In this document: positions 59,429 to 64,000 of the stretch, piece after piece | Layout: every line of letters begins with the position of its first letter | How positions within the stretch are numbered: the stretch's first letter is position 1 | Source of the DNA: an uncultured Veillonella sp. | GTDB lineage: Bacteria > Bacillota > Negativicutes > Veillonellales > Veillonellaceae | Length of the DNA: 64,000 bases | Direction of reading: 5' to 3' | Assembly: GCA_963518085.1 (NCBI GenBank) | Contig: CAUQIB010000008.1 | Span: forward strand, 36,524-100,523 | Program-made: the position numbers and the translations under genes | The notes under the pieces: model-generated | What the model was told of the DNA's origin: nothing | The model's database searches: none | What the model saw: the letters and a program-made list of their open reading frames with translations, nothing else

Positions 59429-60849
59429 TGGCGAAACTTTGGGGCGGACGCTTTACCAAAGGGACGGATAAGGCAGTAGAGGACTTCACGTCCTCTATTT
59501 CCTTTGACTCCCGCATGTATAAAGAAGATGTGGCAGGCAGCATTGCTCATGCGACAATGTTAGCAGAGCAACACATCATTTCTCAGGATGATAAGAATGC
59601 CATAGTAGCAGGCTTACAGGAGATTGAAAAGCAAATTGATGAGGGAGACTTCGAGTTCTCAGTGGCATTAGAAGATATCCATATGAACATTGAAAAACGC
59701 TTAACCGATGCCATCGGTGAGGCAGGTGGACGGTTACACACAGGACGTAGCCGTAATGACCAAGTAGCGGTGGATTTGCATATGTACATCCGCAAGGCGG
59801 TGGTATACATGGGTGAGGAGCTTGTGAATTTGCAACAAGCTTTCTTAGAAGTGGCAGAGACATACAAAGAGGTGATTATCCCTGGATATACTCATTTACA
59901 ACGGGCACAACCGGTGTTATTTAGTCATCACATGATGGCATATTTTTCTATGATGAGCCGCGACTTCGATAACTTGCCGTTGATCTTTAAACATGCCAAT
60001 GTGATGCCATTAGGGGCAGGCGCTTTGGCGGGCACGACCTATCCTATCGATCAACACATGACGAAGGAATTGTTACACTTCGATTCTATTTATGAAAACA
60101 GTATGGATGCTGTTAGCGATCGTGACTATGTACTAGAATTTCTCAGCTTTGGGGCGAAAGTGATGATGCATTTAAGCCGGTTAAGCGAAGAATTAATCCT
60201 TTGGTCTAGTACAGAATTTGGGTTCATCGAACTAGATGATGCACACTGCACAGGTTCCAGCATTATGCCACAAAAGAAAAATCCAGACGTATGTGAACTC
60301 GTACGTGGTAAAACAGGTCGTATTTACGGACATTTGATGGGACTTCTTACAACCATGAAAGGCCTGCCAATGACGTACAACAAGGATATGCAAGAAGATA
60401 AAGAAGGCGTTTTCGACACCATCGATACTTTGCATTTCGCTATCTCGATTACGGCGGATATGTTACGTCATATGAAAGTCAATGGAGACCATACAAAATC
60501 GGTATTGAATGATGATTTCTCCAACGCTACGGATATGGCGGACTACTTGGCAAAAAAAGGGGTACCGTTCCGTGAAGCCCATGCCATTGTAGGAGCAGCG
60601 GTACAACACTGCATCGAGAAAGATTGCGTGTTGTTGGATCTATCCGTAGATGATTTCAAAGCGATTTCACATCATTTTGAAGCGGATATCCTTGATGCCA
60701 TCACTATCGAAGCGTGCGTAGCGGGACGTAGCAACTACAGCGGTACAGCACCAGAGTGCGTAGCTCGTCAAATCCGTGTGGGTAAAGAGGTACTTTCAGA
60801 AGAATTGACACACATCGCGAATTGGAGAGAAAAAATTCATTTACAATAA
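59428..60849 (+). CDS. argH: Argininosuccinate lyase
   Basis: KLWGGRF, HTGRSRNDQ, GYTHLQRAQP, GSSIMPQKKNPD. Confidence 0.98.
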   Translation: MAKLWGGRFTKGTDKAVEDFTSSISFDSRMYKEDVAGSIAHATMLAEQHIISQDDKNAIVAGLQEIEKQIDEGDFEFSVALEDIHMNIEKRLTDAIGEAGGRLHTGRSRNDQVAVDLHMYIRKAVVYMGEELVNLQQAFLEVAETYKEVIIPGYTHLQRAQPVLFSHHMMAYFSMMSRDFDNLPLIFKHANVMPLGAGALAGTTYPIDQHMTKELLHFDSIYENSMDAVSDRDYVLEFLSFGAKVMMHLSRLSEELILWSSTEFGFIELDDAHCTGSSIMPQKKNPDVCELVRGKTGRIYGHLMGLLTTMKGLPMTYNKDMQEDKEGVFDTIDTLHFAISITADMLRHMKVNGDHTKSVLNDDFSNATDMADYLAKKGVPFREAHAIVGAAVQHCIEKDCVLLDLSVDDFKAISHHFEADILDAITIEACVAGRSNYSGTAPECVARQIRVGKEVLSEELTHIANWREKIHLQ

Positions 60850-60996
60850 ATAGGTGCATTAAGGGGCAAATCGGCATATGTCGTATTGCCCCTATTTCTT
60901 GTATAGAACGATTCTTAATATGTATAAACACATATCGAAAATATATGATATAATCAATATATATTTTTTATTAACAGACAATATGAGGTACTAACA

Positions 60997-61752
60997 ATGA
61001 AATTAATATCTTGGAATGTCAACGGCTTGCGTGCAGCCATGACAAAAGGATTTATGGATGCATTCGATGCATTAGATGCGGATATGTTCTGCTTACAAGA
61101 AACTAAATTACAGCCAGAGCAAATTGAAATGGTTTTACCAAATCATGAACAATATTGGAATAGTGCGGTAAAAAAAGGCTATAGCGGTACGGCTATTTTC
61201 ACAAAAGAAAAACCAATTTCCGTAGTGAATGGCATCGGCCTTGAGGAACATGACCAAGAAGGTCGTGTTATCACTGCGGAATATGAAAAGTTCTACTTAG
61301 TCACATGTTATACACCAAATAGCCAACGTGAGCTAGCTCGCTTAGAGTACCGTATGGAATGGGAAGTGGCATTCCGTGAGTATTTACTGGCATTGGATGC
61401 GAAAAAACCAGTCATCCTATGTGGAGATTTAAACGTAGCGCACCAAGAAATCGACTTGAAAAACCCTAAAACCAATCGTAAAAATGCTGGTTTTAGTGAT
61501 GAAGAACGTGAAAAAATGACAGAACTACTAGCCGCAGGATTTACAGATTCCTTCCGCTATTTATACCCTGATGCGGTAGATGCTTACAGCTGGTGGTCTT
61601 ACATGGGCAAAGCTCGTGAACGGAACGTAGGATGGAGAATTGACTACTTCCTTGTATCGAATAGCATTGCTGATAAAATCCAAGAGGCGAAGATTCATGC
61701 GGATATCTTTGGTTCTGACCATTGCCCGGTGGAACTAGTTATTGATTTATAA
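60997..61752 (+). CDS. xth: Exodeoxyribonuclease III / AP endonuclease
   Basis: SWNVNGLRA, LQETK, GYSG, EGR, GDLNVAH, GWRIDY, SDHCP. Confidence 0.96.
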   Translation: MKLISWNVNGLRAAMTKGFMDAFDALDADMFCLQETKLQPEQIEMVLPNHEQYWNSAVKKGYSGTAIFTKEKPISVVNGIGLEEHDQEGRVITAEYEKFYLVTCYTPNSQRELARLEYRMEWEVAFREYLLALDAKKPVILCGDLNVAHQEIDLKNPKTNRKNAGFSDEEREKMTELLAAGFTDSFRYLYPDAVDAYSWWSYMGKARERNVGWRIDYFLVSNSIADKIQEAKIHADIFGSDHCPVELVIDL

Positions 61753-61773
61753 TTTTTATAATAAGCGTGCATT

Positions 61774-62439
61774 ATGTCACTATTACGTTTTGAACATATC
61801 TCTTTAATGCTTCATGGTCGTCAGATTTTAGGGGATATTTCTTTTGAGGTTCAACAAGGTGAAAGCATCACCATAATAGGTCCATCGGGGAGTGGTAAAA
61901 GTACAATTCTGAAATTGGCTAGCTCCTTGATATCTCCTACGGGAGGTACGATTTTCTTTCATGGTAGACCTGTAGAAAGCTATGCACCGACGGAGTATCG
62001 CCAACGAGTGGCGTACTGTTTCCAACAACCCTACTTGTTTGGACAAACGGTGCGAGGGAATCTAGCCTTTCCTTTCACCATGCGAGGTCGTGCTGTTGAC
62101 GAAATAAGAATCAAAGACCTATTCGATTTGTTTCATATGGATCTACAGTTGTTAGAGAAGTCTAATACAGAGTTATCAGGTGGTGAAATGCAACGAATTT
62201 GCTTGATTCGTAGTTTGCTGTTTGCCCCTGAGGTATTGCTATTAGATGAGGTGACGTCTGCCTTGGACACAGAAAATACGGAGTGGGTAGAACAAGGTCT
62301 TATGCAGTTGCATAAAGAAGGCTTAACCTTGTTACAGGTGACCCATAATCTAGACCAAAGTGTTCGTATGGGGCAACGTCGTATCACCGTGAAAGATGGT
62401 CATATTGCAGATTGTGAGGTGCTACATGGGGAGCTTTAA
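61774..62439 (+). CDS. fetA: YbbL/FetA-type ABC ATPase
   Basis: GPSGSGKST, LSGGEMQR, LLDEVTSALD; paired with a YbbM-type permease. Confidence 0.75.
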   Translation: MSLLRFEHISLMLHGRQILGDISFEVQQGESITIIGPSGSGKSTILKLASSLISPTGGTIFFHGRPVESYAPTEYRQRVAYCFQQPYLFGQTVRGNLAFPFTMRGRAVDEIRIKDLFDLFHMDLQLLEKSNTELSGGEMQRICLIRSLLFAPEVLLLDEVTSALDTENTEWVEQGLMQLHKEGLTLLQVTHNLDQSVRMGQRRITVKDGHIADCEVLHGEL

Positions 62440-63196
62440 TGCTTTATCGAATGAGTCCTTGTTGATGGCAACAGAACTCATCGCCATGGCTGTCATCGTA
62501 TCCTATCAGCAGAAAATGCGATTAGAGGTAGAAATCTTACATAGTGCCTTGCGAGCAGTAGTGCAACTAGTGGTGGTAGGCTATGTGCTCCATTTCATCT
62601 TTGGTGCAGACCATCCGCTCTTTACGGGTGGTGTATTACTGGTGATGCTGATCAGTGCCGCTATCAATGGGGGTAAACGTGGCGTAGGAATCCGGCGTGC
62701 ATCGTGGATTGCAGGTATTAGTATTGGCATTGGTGCCATCATTACTTTAGTGGTATTGTTGAGTGCAAATGTCTTATCCTTTACTCCCTATCAGATGATT
62801 CCCGTAGGTGGCATGGTCATGTCGGGCGCTATGGTGGCGGTAGGACTATGTTTCCGCCAAATTACAACTAGCTTTAAGAGTCGTCAACAAGAGATTCAGA
62901 TTAAGTTAGCTTTAGGGGCTACGCCTATGCAAGCTTGTAAAGCCATCTTGCGAGCAGCTCTTATCTTTAGTTTGCAACCGACCATCGATAGTGCGAAAAC
63001 ATTGGGTATTGTGTCTTTGCCGGGGATGATGACGGGCTTAATCTTGGCAGGCATGAGCCCTATGGAGGCCATTAAATACCAGATTATTGTTATCTTTATG
63101 TCTTTTTCAACCATATCCATTGCTATTGCGATAGCAGGATACTTGAGTTGTCGACAATTTTTCAATACGAAAGAACAGCTGATTCTATCTGATTGA
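62426..63196 (+). CDS. fetB: YbbM/FetB (UPF0014) permease
   Basis: RAVVQL.VVGY, IPVGGM, LALGAT, PTIDSAKTLGIVSLPGMMTG, AIKYQI. Confidence 0.85.
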   Translation: MGSFNALSNESLLMATELIAMAVIVSYQQKMRLEVEILHSALRAVVQLVVVGYVLHFIFGADHPLFTGGVLLVMLISAAINGGKRGVGIRRASWIAGISIGIGAIITLVVLLSANVLSFTPYQMIPVGGMVMSGAMVAVGLCFRQITTSFKSRQQEIQIKLALGATPMQACKAILRAALIFSLQPTIDSAKTLGIVSLPGMMTGLILAGMSPMEAIKYQIIVIFMSFSTISIAIAIAGYLSCRQFFNTKEQLILSD

Positions 63197-63354
63197 TGAT
63201 GGAATCAGTTTCTTTTTTTTGCGATAGTGTTTTTAAAGTTTTAATTTACCTATAAATTAAGTAGGAATTTTTTGAAACCCTATAGTCATATGGGAATAGT
63301 TGTGATACTATTAGGGTATACATATTCTTTTTATATTCAAAACGAGGTGGTATT

Positions 63355-64000
63355 ATGGCAAATTACAACCCTTACGAAAATATGCTGCAAACATTAGACT
63401 TGGCAGCGGATACATTAGGTATCCCACGCAATGACTATGAAGTATTGCGTCACCCTGAACGTGAAATGAACGTGGCTATTCCAGTGCAAATGGATGATGG
63501 ACATGTAGAAGTATTTACTGGCTACCGTTGCCAACATAGCTCCGTTCTTGGCGCATCTAAAGGTGGATTGCGCTTTCACCCTGATGCAGACGAAAATGAA
63601 GTACGTGCATTAGGTGCTTGGATGACCATCAAAAATGCCATTGCTCATTTACCATATGGCGGTGGTAAAGGTGGTATTAAGGTAGATCCTAAAAAATTAA
63701 GTGAAAGAGAGTTAGAACGATTGACACGTGGTTTCGTTCGTAAAATTGCTCCTATCATTGGGGTAGAACGAGATGTGCCAGCGCCTGACGTGAACACAAA
63801 CCCACAAATCATGTCTTGGATTGTCGATGAATACAGCGCTTTAACAGGTCAATGGACACCAGGTATCGTAACAGGTAAACCATTAGCAATCGGTGGTTCT
63901 TTAGGTCGTAATGAAGCGACTGGTCGTGGCTGTATGTTTACATTACTTTCCTATTTGGAAAAACAAGGTAAATCTATTAAAGATTTAACCATTGCAGTAC
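63355..64000 (+). CDS. gdh: Glutamate dehydrogenase (Glu/Leu/Phe/Val family), 3' end outside window; absent from ORF track
   Basis: SD GAGGTG; MANYNPYENM...GYRCQH...KGGLRFHP...LPYGGGKGG...DVPAPDVNT...VTGKP...GGSLGRNEATGRG. Confidence 0.93.
   Translation, partial: MANYNPYENMLQTLDLAADTLGIPRNDYEVLRHPEREMNVAIPVQMDDGHVEVFTGYRCQHSSVLGASKGGLRFHPDADENEVRALGAWMTIKNAIAHLPYGGGKGGIKVDPKKLSERELERLTRGFVRKIAPIIGVERDVPAPDVNTNPQIMSWIVDEYSALTGQWTPGIVTGKPLAIGGSLGRNEATGRGCMFTLLSYLEKQGKSIKDLTIAV

Overview
This is a chromosomal window from a low-GC diderm Firmicute, most likely Veillonella (Negativicutes). That assignment is inferred from gene content: lutABC, lactate permease, an SLH protein, an ArnT-like transferase and the Firmicute-type ffs-dnaX-ybaB-recR and yybS-gdpP-rplI-dnaB blocks. 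Most of the window is housekeeping and metabolism: lactate use, ornithine decarboxylase-potE, purA, argGH, bioXWF, rnj, mutT-mutY, xth, a troABCD-type metal ABC transporter, an OPT transporter and gdh (partial). The SRP RNA is the only recognisable housekeeping RNA gene; I saw no rRNA, tRNA or CRISPR array. Highlights missed by the ORF track or not explained by it: (1) an Fst/Ldr-type type I toxin-antitoxin locus next to ffs; (2) a second, holin-like type I TA locus near 45 kb; (3) a 1.3 kb non-autonomous ISL3 derivative with IRs and an 8-bp TSD, carrying VirD4 and helicase debris plus an intact DUF1413-like gene; (4) six TTCAT boxes at exact 11-bp period upstream of a His/Met-rich PepSY gene; (5) a strongly codon-biased Ldh_2-family oxidoreductase next to the lactate permease, a candidate for the Veillonella lactate-malate transhydrogenase; (6) a non-canonical SRP helix-8 loop; (7) several unexplained structured leaders and repeats. 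All family calls come from recalled motifs, not database searches.
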